DNA of 64,000 bases from Acidobacteriota bacterium. GTDB taxonomy: Bacteria; Acidobacteriota; Thermoanaerobaculia; Gp7-AA8. Position numbers and translations under genes: made by a program. Below are positions 1 to 9,857 of this stretch, piece by piece (position 1 is the first letter of the stretch; every line of letters starts with the position of its first letter). The notes beneath the pieces were generated by a model. The model was given only the letters and a program-made list of their open reading frames with translations. It was not told the DNA's origin and made no database searches. The DNA is taken from positions 96,001-160,000 of the forward strand of contig JAFATB010000012.1 in the NCBI GenBank assembly GCA_019244185.1. Reading direction: 5' to 3'.

Positions 1-300
1 GGCGCGTTCCCGCAGATCAACGGCGACGAGACGTACACGCTGAAGAATGCGTCGAGCACGACCATCGATGGACCGACCATCGCGATGGCGAGCGCCGCGA
101 GCAAGTCCGTGCAGCGCAAGGATCCGTGCAACGCCGCCGGCACGTCGACGAGCTGGAACGTCCTCGCCACGACCTCCGCGACGCCCGGCTCCGGCGCCGG
201 CGCCGGCTGCGCGAAAGGCGTCGTCATCAACGAGTTCTCCGACGCCGACGGCACGAACAACTACGTCTACGAGTTCGTCGAGCTGCATAACGACAAATAG
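1..300 (+). CDS. Partial (3' end) protein with a lamin-tail-domain-like region
   Basis: Frame 1 is open from the window start to TAG at 298-300. It carries LTD-like motifs (GDETYTLKN, TPG, VVINEF...EFVELHN). Confidence 0.55.
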   Translation, partial: GAFPQINGDETYTLKNASSTTIDGPTIAMASAASKSVQRKDPCNAAGTSTSWNVLATTSATPGSGAGAGCAKGVVINEFSDADGTNNYVYEFVELHNDK

Positions 301-353
301 GCGGCGCACAAGCGCCGCCTATTTGCCTCCGCTTCGCGACGCGCGCGTGCGCA

Positions 354-758
354 TCACGGCAGCGGACCGTTGTACACGGCCACCGTCGCCGTGACCTCGC
401 CCGTGTTGTCGGCGTTGTTGATGTCCCAGTAGTAGAGCGACAGACGTCCCGGCGCGAGGATGGTCATCTCCAGCCGCGTCCCCACGGCGAAGAACGTCTT
501 GCCGGCGTCGAGGCTGCCGATGAGGCTCCCGTAGAGGAACGAGTAGTTGCCGTGCGTGAAGAGGCCGAAGTTGCCGCCCTGCGGATTGCCGAGGCCGTTC
601 GCGTTGGAGGTGCGGTTCGCGGCGCCGGCGCTCCACGTGTCGTCGGGCGACGCGCTGATCGTCAGCAGCTGTCCCGGCTGTAATGAGACGTTGGTATTGA
701 GCGGCGCGCCGCCGCTGATGCTGTTGTCTTTTGCTTTCACAATGAAATCGTGAGCCAT
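354..758 (-). CDS. LecA/PA-IL-like small beta-sandwich (putative lectin)
   Basis: ATG at 758 follows SD AGGAG; 134 aa. Motifs NTNVSLQPGQLLTISAS, YGSLIG, GRLSLYYWD and DNTGEVT resemble the PA-IL fold. Confidence 0.55.
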   Translation of the reverse strand: MAHDFIVKAKDNSISGGAPLNTNVSLQPGQLLTISASPDDTWSAGAANRTSNANGLGNPQGGNFGLFTHGNYSFLYGSLIGSLDAGKTFFAVGTRLEMTILAPGRLSLYYWDINNADNTGEVTATVAVYNGPLP

Positions 759-964
759 GGGGATTCTCCTTTTTCTGCAATTTCCGTTGATTGCATGTCG
801 TCGCGGGGCCGGCCGTTTGTCGATGCACCGGTGTAGTGCGGGCTCGGCTGAAAGCGTTTCATCCGCAGCGTTGCGGCATTGATTGCGAGCGCGATTTATA
901 GCCGCGTCAGCTGCAATAGACCGGTGCACCCTTTGCACTTCTCGCAACGGGAGGACTCAGTCAA

Positions 965-2113
965 ATGCGAGCAATGACCTATCGCGGACCGTTCCGTGTC
1001 CGCGTGGAAACGAAGCCCGATCCGGAGATCCTGCATCCGAACGATGCCATCGTGCGCGTGACGCGCGCGGCGATCTGCGGCTCGGACATCCACCTCTACC
1101 ATGGCCTCATGGCCGACACGCGCGTCGGCCAGACGTTCGGACACGAATTCATCGGCGTCGTCGAAGAAGTCGGCCCCGAGGTCGACAATCTGAAGGCGGG
1201 CGACAAGGTGCTCGTCCCGTTCAATGTCTGCTGCGGCACGTGCTACTTCTGTTCGCGCGGGCTCTACGGCAACTGCCACAACACGAATCCGAACGCGACC
1301 GCCGTCGGCGGCATCTACGGCTACTCGCACACGTGCGGCGGCTACGACGGCGGACAGGCGGAGTACGTGCGCGTGCCGTTCGCGAACTTCGGACCGACGA
1401 TCATCCCCGACGACATCGACGACGACGACGCGCTGATGCTCACCGACGCGCTGCCCACCGGCTACCACGCCGCGCAGATGGGCGACATTCAGGAAGGGCA
1501 GACCGTCGTCATTTTCGGCGCCGGCCCGGTCGGCATCTACGCCGCGCGCTGCGCGTGGCTGATGGGCGCGGGGCGCGTGATCGTCACGGATCACCTCGAC
1601 TACCGGCTCGAGTTCGTCAGCCGCTACGGTCCCGCGGAGACGATCAACTTCACGCACCTCAAAGATCCGGTGGTCTACTTCAAGAAGATCACCGACTTCG
1701 TCGGTCCCGACGTCTGCATCGACGCGGTCGGCTGCGATGCGTCCGGCAGCATGCTGCAGGCGCTGGCGGGCTTCCACCTGAAGCTGCAGGCCGGCAATGC
1801 GGTCGCGCTGCACTGGGCGATCAACTCCGTGCGCAAAGGCGGCACGGTGGTGATCATCGGCGCGTACGGTCCGCCGTACAACCTCGTGCCGATCGGCAGC
1901 GCGATGAACAAAGGCCTCACCATTCACGCGAACCAGGCGCCGGTGAAGCGGCAGCTGCCGCGGCTTTTCGAGCACATCCGCAACGGCTACATCAAACCGA
2001 GCGAGATCATCACGCACCGCTTCCCGCTCGAAGACATCGCCGAGGCGTATCGCGTCTTCACCAGCAAACTCGATGGCTGCATCAAGCCGATCGTGATGCC
2101 CACCGCGGCGTAG
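965..2113 (+). CDS. Zinc-dependent alcohol/formaldehyde dehydrogenase (MDR family)
   Basis: CGSD, GHEFIG, Cys cluster CCGTCYFC...C and GAGPVG motifs; GGAGG SD. Confidence 0.92.
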   Translation: MRAMTYRGPFRVRVETKPDPEILHPNDAIVRVTRAAICGSDIHLYHGLMADTRVGQTFGHEFIGVVEEVGPEVDNLKAGDKVLVPFNVCCGTCYFCSRGLYGNCHNTNPNATAVGGIYGYSHTCGGYDGGQAEYVRVPFANFGPTIIPDDIDDDDALMLTDALPTGYHAAQMGDIQEGQTVVIFGAGPVGIYAARCAWLMGAGRVIVTDHLDYRLEFVSRYGPAETINFTHLKDPVVYFKKITDFVGPDVCIDAVGCDASGSMLQALAGFHLKLQAGNAVALHWAINSVRKGGTVVIIGAYGPPYNLVPIGSAMNKGLTIHANQAPVKRQLPRLFEHIRNGYIKPSEIITHRFPLEDIAEAYRVFTSKLDGCIKPIVMPTAA

Positions 2114-2126
2114 GAAGGAGCGAGCC

Positions 2127-2750
2127 ATGACCATACGCTATGAAGAAGATCACCGGCAGCATTCGACGCGGCCGACGCGCACGACCGTCGACTCCGCGCA
2201 CGCGAAGCGGACGCGCGGCGAAGATCCCGCGCCGTCGCCACATCACGAGTTCAACGGCGTGCCCGCGAACTATCGCGAGATCAACGGCTGGGGCGCCGAT
2301 CTCGATCCGAAGAACCGGCCGTCGTTTCCGATGGAGTACCCGTCCGACGTCAAGACCGCGCGCGGTCCGGTCAAGCACTGGCAGCAGCCGCACACGAAAA
2401 TCCATCAGTCGAATGAACATCCCGGCCTCACGCCCGTCTTCGGCGAGGCGGTGCCGCCGCACGGCCTCAGCGGTCTGCTGCGCGACTACGCGTATCAGTA
2501 CGGCGAAGGCACGACGCGCCACTGGATGACGCTGATGCTCGCCGACCGCGTGGACATCGTCGAGAGCATGGTCGTCGACGCGTTCCGCGGACGTCCCGAC
2601 AACTACGTGAAGGAAAAAGCCTGGAGCGCGAAGATCAAATACGCGGACGCCGAACAGCGCCGCCGCTACCTCTACTACGGTGCGGCGGCGCTCGGCGCGA
2701 TCGCGGTCGGCATCACGCTCAGCCGCGTGTTCGCGGACCACGAGGATTAA
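2127..2750 (+). CDS. Hypothetical protein with C-terminal TM helix, probably co-transcribed with the dehydrogenase
   Basis: AAGGAG SD, 13 nt after the upstream stop, typical codon usage. Confidence 0.8.
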   Translation: MTIRYEEDHRQHSTRPTRTTVDSAHAKRTRGEDPAPSPHHEFNGVPANYREINGWGADLDPKNRPSFPMEYPSDVKTARGPVKHWQQPHTKIHQSNEHPGLTPVFGEAVPPHGLSGLLRDYAYQYGEGTTRHWMTLMLADRVDIVESMVVDAFRGRPDNYVKEKAWSAKIKYADAEQRRRYLYYGAAALGAIAVGITLSRVFADHED

Positions 2751-3154
2751 CCCGCGACCACGCGCCGGCGGCGCAGGAGGTCGAGCGCCCACGCGCCCGG
2801 CCCCTGCGCCGCGATGTACAGAAAGAACCAGCAGAAGAGAATCGGCAGATCGCCGTGATTCTGGATCGGCCAGAAGCCGCCCGCCGCGTGACCTTTGAAG
2901 TACGCCGCCGCCATGAGGCCGCTCGCCAGGAATGCGGCGCTGCGCGTGAAGAGGCCGATGGCGATGAGGATTCCGCCGAAGAACTCGATCGGACCGGCGG
3001 TGAGCACGATCCACCGCGGCGCGCCCGGCGGCATTCCGCCGAACGCGCCGAACAGTTTCATGGCGCCGTAGCACGCGAACATCACGCCCGCGAGGATGCG
3101 CGTGATGCCGAGAATCCGCGGCGCCTGCGCGCGGAACCATTCCACGGCGCTCAT
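2747..3154 (-). CDS. DoxX family membrane protein
   Basis: EFFGGILIAIGLFTR and GPGAWALD motifs; ATGA overlap with the upstream gene. Confidence 0.88.
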   Translation of the reverse strand: MSAVEWFRAQAPRILGITRILAGVMFACYGAMKLFGAFGGMPPGAPRWIVLTAGPIEFFGGILIAIGLFTRSAAFLASGLMAAAYFKGHAAGGFWPIQNHGDLPILFCWFFLYIAAQGPGAWALDLLRRRRVVAG

Positions 3155-4116
3155 GACTGCACGCTCCCGAGGTAGTTGCCGTACTGCTCGAAGGTGCCCG
3201 ACCAGCCGTTGGTCATCGACGCGCGGTTGCCGTCGAACGCCTTGCGCTCCGTTTCCGTCGCGCGGATCGGAACCCACGTCACCGTGACCGTCGTCTTGCC
3301 GCCGTCCTCTTCGAAGTCGAGCGTGGTCAGCGTCTCCAGCGGCCACTCGCCCGCGAGCGGATGCCGCGTGACGCCGCGTTCCGGATCGGAGAACGAGCTC
3401 ACGAACACGAGCCGCCGCGGCGGCGTGATCTCGCGGTAGACCCACTTGCCCCAGATCTCCAGGCCGTCCGGCATGCGCATGCCGTAGTGCATCACGCCGC
3501 CGCGCTGAAGATCGTTGTCGAGCTGCACGATCGTGGCGCCTTTCGGCCCCCACCACTTCGCGAGATGCTCGCTGTCCGTCCACGTGCGATAGACGAGCTC
3601 GCGCGGCGCGTCGAACGTGCGGCTGATGACGAACGGCTGCATCGACTCCTGCGTCACGCGCTCTTCGAGCCGCTCCAGCGTCTGCTGCAGCCCTTCCACC
3701 GCGCCGAATTCATTCGCCGTCCGGTCGCGCACCTCGGCACTCTCGAACGTCATGCGGACGCTGACTTCCGTCTTGTCGTCGCGATCGTCGAACGTCACCT
3801 CGACGTCGAAGACCGGTCCGGTCACGTGGCGATACGTGAGCCGCGACGGAGGCTCGATCGCGCCGTAGACGATCTTGTTTTTGTAATCGCTGCCGTCGGG
3901 CCCGTGCATGATGAAGTTCCACTCGCCGCCGGGACGGACGTCCATCGAATGGATCGTGTTCGTGAAGCCGCGCGGCCCCCACCATTGCGCGATGTGCTCG
4001 GGCTCGATCCACATCCGGAAGACGAGCTCGCGCGGCGCGTCGAACACGCGGGAGGCAACGATGTCTCGCGTGCCTTCCATCGTTGCGGCGTTACTTCTTT
4101 CGCTGATTACGGCCAT
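3151..4116 (-). CDS. Tandem SRPBCC/AHSA1 domain protein
   Basis: Two repeats of SRxFDAPRELVxRxW...WWGP. Confidence 0.9.
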   Translation of the reverse strand: MAVISERSNAATMEGTRDIVASRVFDAPRELVFRMWIEPEHIAQWWGPRGFTNTIHSMDVRPGGEWNFIMHGPDGSDYKNKIVYGAIEPPSRLTYRHVTGPVFDVEVTFDDRDDKTEVSVRMTFESAEVRDRTANEFGAVEGLQQTLERLEERVTQESMQPFVISRTFDAPRELVYRTWTDSEHLAKWWGPKGATIVQLDNDLQRGGVMHYGMRMPDGLEIWGKWVYREITPPRRLVFVSSFSDPERGVTRHPLAGEWPLETLTTLDFEEDGGKTTVTVTWVPIRATETERKAFDGNRASMTNGWSGTFEQYGNYLGSVQS

Positions 4117-4453
4117 GTTTCTTCTTCTCCTTGCTTTGCAGTTCGCGCAGGTATTCGTCCAGACGGTCGAAGCTCTGCTCCCAGAATTTGCGGTAGGTGG
4201 AGACCCAGTCGGCGACGTCCTTGAGCGGCGCCGCGGCGAGCCGGCAAGGACGCCACTGCGCGTCGCGGCCGCGGGCGATGAGCCCCGCGCGTTCGAGCAC
4301 TTTGAGATGCTTCGAGATCGCCGGCATGCTCATGTCGAACGGCTCAGCGAGCTCGGTCACCGACGCTTCGCCCGACGCCAGCCGCGCCAGGATCGCTCTG
4401 CGCGTCGGATCGGCCAGAGCCGCGAAGGTGATGCTGAGATCGTCGGTCGCCAT
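4091..4453 (-). CDS. ArsR/SmtB family transcriptional regulator
   Basis: FAALADPTRRAIL and SMPAISKHLKVLERAGLI motifs. An alternative TTG start lies at 4462. Confidence 0.92.
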   Translation of the reverse strand: MATDDLSITFAALADPTRRAILARLASGEASVTELAEPFDMSMPAISKHLKVLERAGLIARGRDAQWRPCRLAAAPLKDVADWVSTYRKFWEQSFDRLDEYLRELQSKEKKKHGRNQRKK

Positions 4454-4465
4454 CGTGCTCAACTC

Positions 4466-4517
4466 ATCGGTTAATTAACCGATAGGCTAAATATAGGCCG
4501 CGATCGCGCGTTGTCAA
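4466..4517 (-). promoter_or_regulatory. Sigma70-like promoter and palindromic operator for the arsR-SRPBCC-doxX operon
   Basis: Minus strand TTGACA-16 nt-TATATT (4517-4490), plus the perfect 18-bp palindrome ATCGGTTAATTAACCGAT at 4466-4483. Confidence 0.7.
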
Positions 4518-4567
4518 GCAGGGAATGCCGTTTTCGCCGCCGCTCGTTCCGCTGGACGAGACTCCCC

Positions 4568-5371
4568 ATGCCCTCGGCCCTTCATCCCGTGCAGAGCTTC
4601 GCCGCGCCCGACGCGCTGAGCGTGCAGCTGATCCACTATCCGGCCGGGCTGCAGCTGCCGCCGCACGCGCACAACGCCGCCGGGTTCGCGTTCACGTTCA
4701 GCGGCGGCTACGTCGAGCGCTACGCGGGCATTGCCTTCACGTGCCGCAGCGGCGTGGTCACGTTCAGTCCGCCGGGCGAGCGGCATTCAAATGCGTTCGA
4801 CGGCGCGCCGAGCCGCTGCCTCGTCATCGACCTGCATCCCGCGTGGCTGCAGTCGCTGGAGCTCGCGCCGTCGTTCGCGACGCGTCCTGATTTCTTTCGA
4901 GGAGAGCCGTTCACCGACGTCGCGCGCCGCTTCGTGCGCGAGCTGGGCGAGAGCGACAGCGCGACGCCGCTGGTGATGCGCGCGCTGACGATGGAGCTCC
5001 TCGCGCTGGCCATGCGCGGCGAAGAGCGGCGCCACCGCCGCGCGCCGCAATGGCTGCTGCACGTGCGCGAGCGGCTCTCCGACGACTTCGCGCACAACGC
5101 CACGCTCGCGGAGCTCGCGCGCGAGGCCGGCGTGCATCCGGTGCATCTCGCCACGCAGTTCCGCGCCCACTTCGGCTGCACCGTCGGCGAGTTCCTCAGG
5201 CGCCGTCGCATCGAGTTCGCCTGCGAAGAGATCCGCGGCGGCGAAGCCTCGCTCCTCGACATCGCCCAGCGCGCCGGCTTCGCCACGCAGAGCCACTTCA
5301 GCCGCGTCTTCCGGGCGGTGGTGGGGCGGACGCCGACCGAATTCCGCGATGCGACGCGCGCCGGACGCTGA
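4568..5371 (+). CDS. AraC family regulator (cupin + HTH)
   Basis: PPHAH cupin motif; C-terminal GFATQSHFSRVFRAVVGRTPTEFR. Confidence 0.9.
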   Translation: MPSALHPVQSFAAPDALSVQLIHYPAGLQLPPHAHNAAGFAFTFSGGYVERYAGIAFTCRSGVVTFSPPGERHSNAFDGAPSRCLVIDLHPAWLQSLELAPSFATRPDFFRGEPFTDVARRFVRELGESDSATPLVMRALTMELLALAMRGEERRHRRAPQWLLHVRERLSDDFAHNATLAELAREAGVHPVHLATQFRAHFGCTVGEFLRRRRIEFACEEIRGGEASLLDIAQRAGFATQSHFSRVFRAVVGRTPTEFRDATRAGR

Positions 5372-5399
5372 CGCGCCCGGCGCGGCGCTGACGCATCTG

Positions 5400-5738
5400 T
5401 TACTCCGTCGCGGCCTCGCCTGACGCCGGCCGGCAGCCCCACCGCGAGCGCATTCCTTCTCGCATCCGCTCGCGTTCCTCGGGGGTCATCTGCTCCCAGC
5501 GCGCGGCCATGTGGCGTCCCATTCTTCCGCGCGAGCCGCGGTGGAAGCCGAAGCCGCCGAAGAGAATCCTGCAGAGCGCGAGGAGGCCGAGCGCCTGCCA
5601 GAAGGTCACCGTGCGGAAGCCGAAGAGCGGCGGCAGGAGCCAGTTCCACAGCGCGCGCACGATGGCGCCGCCGAGGAACGTGAAGAGCACCATGCCGGCG
5701 ATGGCGGCGGGGATGATGAAGATCCATTTCTTTCTCAT
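5400..5738 (-). CDS. Small membrane protein downstream of the ECF sigma factor
   Basis: LWNWLLPPLFG...TFWQALGLLAL..ILFG and MTPEERE motifs; AGGAG SD. An alternative start lies at 5753. Confidence 0.8.
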   Translation of the reverse strand: MRKKWIFIIPAAIAGMVLFTFLGGAIVRALWNWLLPPLFGFRTVTFWQALGLLALCRILFGGFGFHRGSRGRMGRHMAARWEQMTPEERERMREGMRSRWGCRPASGEAATE

Positions 5739-5749
5739 GTGCAGACTCC

Positions 5750-6334
5750 TCATGGATTCGTGAGCTCGTCGTAGATGCGCTGCAGTCGTTCGCGCAGATG
5801 CAATACGGCGTAGCGCTTGCGCGAGAGCAGCGTGTTGAGGTTGACGCCCGACGCCGCGGACATCTCTTTGAAGCTGCGCCCTTCGAGCTCGTGCGCGATG
5901 AACACCTCGCGCTGCTCGTCGGGCAATTCGCTCAGCGCGAGCTCGAGCTCCTCGAGCAGCACGCCGCGCGCGTAGACCGCATCCGGTCCGTCGTCGGGCG
6001 ATGGCAGCACGTCTTCGAGTCGCAGCAGCTCGTCGTCGTCGGTGACGAACGTCTGCTCGCTGAAGGTCTCCGGCGTCTTCTTGCGAAAGAGATCCGTGAT
6101 GCGATTGCTGGCCACGCGGAACAGCCACGCCGTCACGTGATCGACCGGCATGAGCAGGCGGTTCGCCTCGACCAGGCGCTGAAAGACGTCCTGCAGGATG
6201 TCATCGACGTCGCGCGGGTCGCGCACGCGGCGCCGGATGAACGCGCGCAGCCGGCTCTGTTCCCGCCGGACCACGTCTGCAATGCGCTGGTCCTGCTCGA
6301 ATGCCATCCGCTCCGGCCGTGCCGCGTCGTTCAT
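5750..6334 (-). CDS. ECF sigma-70 factor
   Basis: Region 2 (DDILQDVF, WLFRVASNRITD) and region 4 (LPDEQREVF, NTLLSR). Confidence 0.9.
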   Translation of the reverse strand: MNDAARPERMAFEQDQRIADVVRREQSRLRAFIRRRVRDPRDVDDILQDVFQRLVEANRLLMPVDHVTAWLFRVASNRITDLFRKKTPETFSEQTFVTDDDELLRLEDVLPSPDDGPDAVYARGVLLEELELALSELPDEQREVFIAHELEGRSFKEMSAASGVNLNTLLSRKRYAVLHLRERLQRIYDELTNP

Positions 6335-6382
6335 CCACGAGCGTAGACGAACGGCGCGCGCGGATATTGTGAACGCGCCGCG

Positions 6383-7363
6383 TTACGAACGCTGTCCGGG
6401 AGGCCGGCCGGTCCAGCGCTTGTACGCGCGCGAGAACGCGGCCGGATCGGAGAAGCCGAGGAGATAGGCGGTCTCGCTGACGGCAAGCTTGCGTTCGCGG
6501 AGGTACTGCACGGCGAGCCGGTGGCGCAGCTCGTTGACGATTTGCTTGAACGTCACGCCTTCCGCGCGCAGCTTGCGGAAGAGCGTATGCCGTCCCATGC
6601 CGAGCTCGCGCGCGATGGCATCGACGCTGACGTCGGCCGAGCGCAGGCCGTTCGCGAGCAGCGCCTCGACGCGGCAGCGCGTCGACTGCATGGGCGCGCT
6701 TTGCAGGACGGCGTCGGCGCGCGTGCGCACGATGTCGAGCATGTGCGACGCCGCTTGCGGCATCTGCTGCAGCACGGCCGGATCGAGAAGCACCGCGTTG
6801 CGTGCGCTGCCGAAGACGATCGGCATTTGAAAGATGCGCTCGTACTCGGTGCGATCCCGCGGCTCCGCGTGGCGGAAGTGCACGGCTTTGAGGAAGTGCG
6901 ATCCGGGAAACACGCGCCGCGCCATCGTCACGCATCGCGCGTAGCTCGCTTCGGCGCCTTCCGGAAAGTCGTGATGCATCGGGTCGGCGATCCAGATTCC
7001 TTCCGCGTCGTGCACGAGCTCGTAGCGTCCGGCGTTCGCGCCGGCGGCCCGCGGATCGCGCACGACCTGGGCGAAGCCTTCCGCAACCGTCGGCGAGAGC
7101 ACGCCCAGCATGCACGCCAGCGTGCGCTCCGCGCCGTACTCCGATTCGCCGAAGTGCAGCGCGAACGCGGGATCGCCGCACAGCGCCTGTCCCGCTTTCA
7201 TGAGCGCCGCGTAGCGGTCGAGCGGCACGCGTCCTTCCTCGTCGAGCAGATCCAGCGTGTCGATGCCGGATCGCTCGACCAGCAGCGCGCGGCTCGCACC
7301 ACGCGACACCGCGAAGTCCATCAGCGCGCGTGCGGCGGTCGCACCGATCGCGCGCTCAGGCAT
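6383..7363 (-). CDS. AraC family regulator (arabinose-binding-2 type N-terminus)
   Basis: C-terminal LLGFSDPAAFSRAYKRWTG. Confidence 0.9.
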   Translation of the reverse strand: MPERAIGATAARALMDFAVSRGASRALLVERSGIDTLDLLDEEGRVPLDRYAALMKAGQALCGDPAFALHFGESEYGAERTLACMLGVLSPTVAEGFAQVVRDPRAAGANAGRYELVHDAEGIWIADPMHHDFPEGAEASYARCVTMARRVFPGSHFLKAVHFRHAEPRDRTEYERIFQMPIVFGSARNAVLLDPAVLQQMPQAASHMLDIVRTRADAVLQSAPMQSTRCRVEALLANGLRSADVSVDAIARELGMGRHTLFRKLRAEGVTFKQIVNELRHRLAVQYLRERKLAVSETAYLLGFSDPAAFSRAYKRWTGRPPGQRS

Positions 7364-7449
7364 CGTGCGTTTCCGTGCTGCAACCGGTGGTCATGCGTTT
7401 GCGACGCCGCGTCATGTCCATGGAGCTCCGTCGTGTCTAAGGTACACGC

Positions 7450-8160
7450 ATGAGCACCGCAGCAGAAATCTCTCCGCGCCGCATGGCCAGGCTGGCCGGC
7501 TTCTTTTACATCCTGATGCTGCCGATCGGCATGATCCCGATGCTCGTCGGACGCGTGCCGATCACCAGCGATGCCGCGGCGACGGCGGCCGCGATCGTGG
7601 CGCATCCGGCCGCGTTCTACACCGGGTTCCTGGCGGACATCCTCATCGTTGCCGTCTACATCCCGGTGACCGCGCTTCTGTACCGGTTGTTCGCGCCGGT
7701 CGACCGCGCGCTGTCGTTGACCGCGGCGTTCTTCAGTCTCGTGGGCTGCGCCGATCAGGCGTTCGCGTGCTTGTTTCGCGTCGCGCCGATGACCGTGCTC
7801 ACGAGCGTGCCCGCGTCGCGCGCGTTCAGCCGCGCGGCAATCGAGACGCTCGTCCAGTTCCTGTTGAATTTCTACAAGCTCGGCTACGGCATCGCGCTGG
7901 TGTTCTTCGGTGTCTATCTCATTCTCATCGGGACGCTCATCGTCCGTTCGACCTTCATGCCGCGGCTCCTCGGCATCCTCGTGATGCTCGCCGGCGTCAG
8001 CGGGCTCACGTTTCTGTGGCCGCCGCTGTCGCAGTCTCTGTGGCCGCGCCAGGCGTTGTGCTTCGTGATCGGCGAAGGAAGTCTCGTTCTGTGGCTGCTG
8101 ATTCGCGGCGTGGACGCCGAGCGCTGGCACGCGCTGGCGCGCGGGACCGCGGTCGATTGA
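7450..8160 (+). CDS. DUF4386-like membrane protein
   Basis: Multiple TM helices; ARLAGFFY and RSTFMPRLLG motifs. Confidence 0.75.
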   Translation: MSTAAEISPRRMARLAGFFYILMLPIGMIPMLVGRVPITSDAAATAAAIVAHPAAFYTGFLADILIVAVYIPVTALLYRLFAPVDRALSLTAAFFSLVGCADQAFACLFRVAPMTVLTSVPASRAFSRAAIETLVQFLLNFYKLGYGIALVFFGVYLILIGTLIVRSTFMPRLLGILVMLAGVSGLTFLWPPLSQSLWPRQALCFVIGEGSLVLWLLIRGVDAERWHALARGTAVD

Positions 8161-8162
8161 CC

Positions 8163-8834
8163 TTACGAGGCCGTCGGCAACGGACGGCGGCCGCGGACGC
8201 GCCACAGCCAGTAGAACATCGCCACGAAGACCAGCAGCACCGGCAGCGCGCGCATCGGCCCGGTGGTGAACGGCTCCGGCAGAATCTTCGCGACGCGATG
8301 GCGGATCGAGAAGAACGATCCCGCGGCGATGAAGAGCGCGAAGCACATACGCCACAGATGACGCGCGAGGCGCGCGCCGCCGCGCGGGACGCCGTGACGC
8401 AGCACGCGCCAGTCGCCCAGCGCCGCCATCGCGGTGATCGCGCCGAGGAAGAAGAACATCGGGAACGGGACGCCGTTGAGGATTCCGCGCGGGCTGTTGA
8501 AGGCTTGCACGCCGGCGGTGAAGTCGAGGATCGAGAGGACGCTGACGAAGATCAGCGCGACGGCGTTGATGATGCGCGTCGCCGTCGTCGCGGGGCGAAC
8601 GGTCGTCAGCGCGGTGGCCACGAAGTAGATCGGCATCATGCCGCCGATGACGTTCGGATCGGACGGACTCTTGAGAAATCCGAGGAGCGAGGCGGTGAAG
8701 CCCATCACCGTCATCGCGTAGACGAACAGCAGACCGCTGCGCCGGTGGATGCTCCCGCCCTTCCGCACCAGCAGCGCGACCGCGCCGAGGATGATGGCGA
8801 GACCGCCCGCGGCGATGTGGATGGGGAGGAGCAT
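8163..8834 (-). CDS. DUF2306-like membrane protein
   Basis: HIAAG, RKGGSIHRRSG and HLWRM motifs; multiple TM helices. Confidence 0.7.
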   Translation of the reverse strand: MLLPIHIAAGGLAIILGAVALLVRKGGSIHRRSGLLFVYAMTVMGFTASLLGFLKSPSDPNVIGGMMPIYFVATALTTVRPATTATRIINAVALIFVSVLSILDFTAGVQAFNSPRGILNGVPFPMFFFLGAITAMAALGDWRVLRHGVPRGGARLARHLWRMCFALFIAAGSFFSIRHRVAKILPEPFTTGPMRALPVLLVFVAMFYWLWRVRGRRPLPTAS

Positions 8835-8953
8835 GTGCGGATGTACGCAGCCATCGTACGAAAGTTCTCCCGCTCCGGCGCGCGGATGCTCCGCGCGATA
8901 TCCTTGCGCCTCCGCAGGCTCCACGAAAAATCGACGAGAGAGAAGGATTGCGA

Positions 8954-9814
8954 ATGCTCGATCTCAACATCAAAGCGAATGGTTCCCTCACCGCCAACGC
9001 CGCCGTCGCCGCGAAGGAAGTTCCGTCGTTCGTCAGCATGGTCAACTCGGCCATCGCCGCCGCGCCGAAAGCGACGGACGCGGCCAACACCGTTACCGTG
9101 CAACCGGGCGGCAAGACGTTCACCACCATCACGGCCGCGCTGAACAGCATCAGCGACGCGAGCCTGCAGAAGCAGTACGTCGTGCAGGCCGGCCCCGGCA
9201 CGTACAACGAAGTCGTGGTCTGCAAGCCGTACGTCTTCATCACCGGCGCCGGTGTGGCGCAGACCACCATCACCGCGCCGGCCGCCGCCGATCAGGCCAG
9301 CAAAGGCACGGTGAAGGCGGCGAGTAACTCCGCGATCCAGAACGTGTCGATCGTCTCGAGCGGCGACGCGTGGGGCAGCTGGATCACCGCCGTCGACTGC
9401 GTCGGCGCGGTCAACTTCGACATCGAGAACTGCGACCTCGAAGGCGACGCGACCGGCAACGGCCCGAACCTGGTCACGCTCTCGGTCGACTACAGCCCGG
9501 CCGGCGGCGGCTCGCAGATCAACGTGTCGTACACGATGGTCGGCGCGCACGGCGGCGCGCAGCCGATCGGGCTCCTCGTCTACGCGCGTGCGTACGTGCA
9601 CGTGATGGAGTCGAAGATCGTCGCCGACGGCGCGTCCACGGCGTGGGGCGGGACGGCGAGCTACGAGTCGGCGATCGACCTGTACGGCTCCACGGTGGCG
9701 GGCACGATGTCGCTCGTGCTGTCCGACAGCAGCAGCCACATCACGGCCACCGACTGCAAGCTCATCGGCCCGTATTCGCCGGACGTGGTGGTGAAGACCT
9801 CCGGCAACTCGTAA
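8954..9814 (+). CDS. Pectin-lyase-fold (right-handed beta-helix) protein
   Basis: FTTITAALNSI...GPGTYNEVV...ITGAG is a pectinesterase-like cap motif; no clear signal peptide. Confidence 0.6.
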   Translation: MLDLNIKANGSLTANAAVAAKEVPSFVSMVNSAIAAAPKATDAANTVTVQPGGKTFTTITAALNSISDASLQKQYVVQAGPGTYNEVVVCKPYVFITGAGVAQTTITAPAAADQASKGTVKAASNSAIQNVSIVSSGDAWGSWITAVDCVGAVNFDIENCDLEGDATGNGPNLVTLSVDYSPAGGGSQINVSYTMVGAHGGAQPIGLLVYARAYVHVMESKIVADGASTAWGGTASYESAIDLYGSTVAGTMSLVLSDSSSHITATDCKLIGPYSPDVVVKTSGNS

Positions 9815-9820
9815 CGTTCG

Positions 9821-9854
9821 CGCGAGCGGCGGGTTGTGGGGCTCGCCGCTCGCG
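9821..9854. repeat. GC-rich hairpin (REP-like or terminator) between convergent genes
   Basis: Inverted repeat CGCGAGCGGCG ... CGCCGCTCGCG. Confidence 0.6.
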
Positions 9855-9857
9855 TGT

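Noticed and set aside
780-900. Repeated TTGATTGC motif upstream of the lectin-like gene
   Set aside because: Only two short copies with no convincing spacing; it cannot be supported as a regulatory site.
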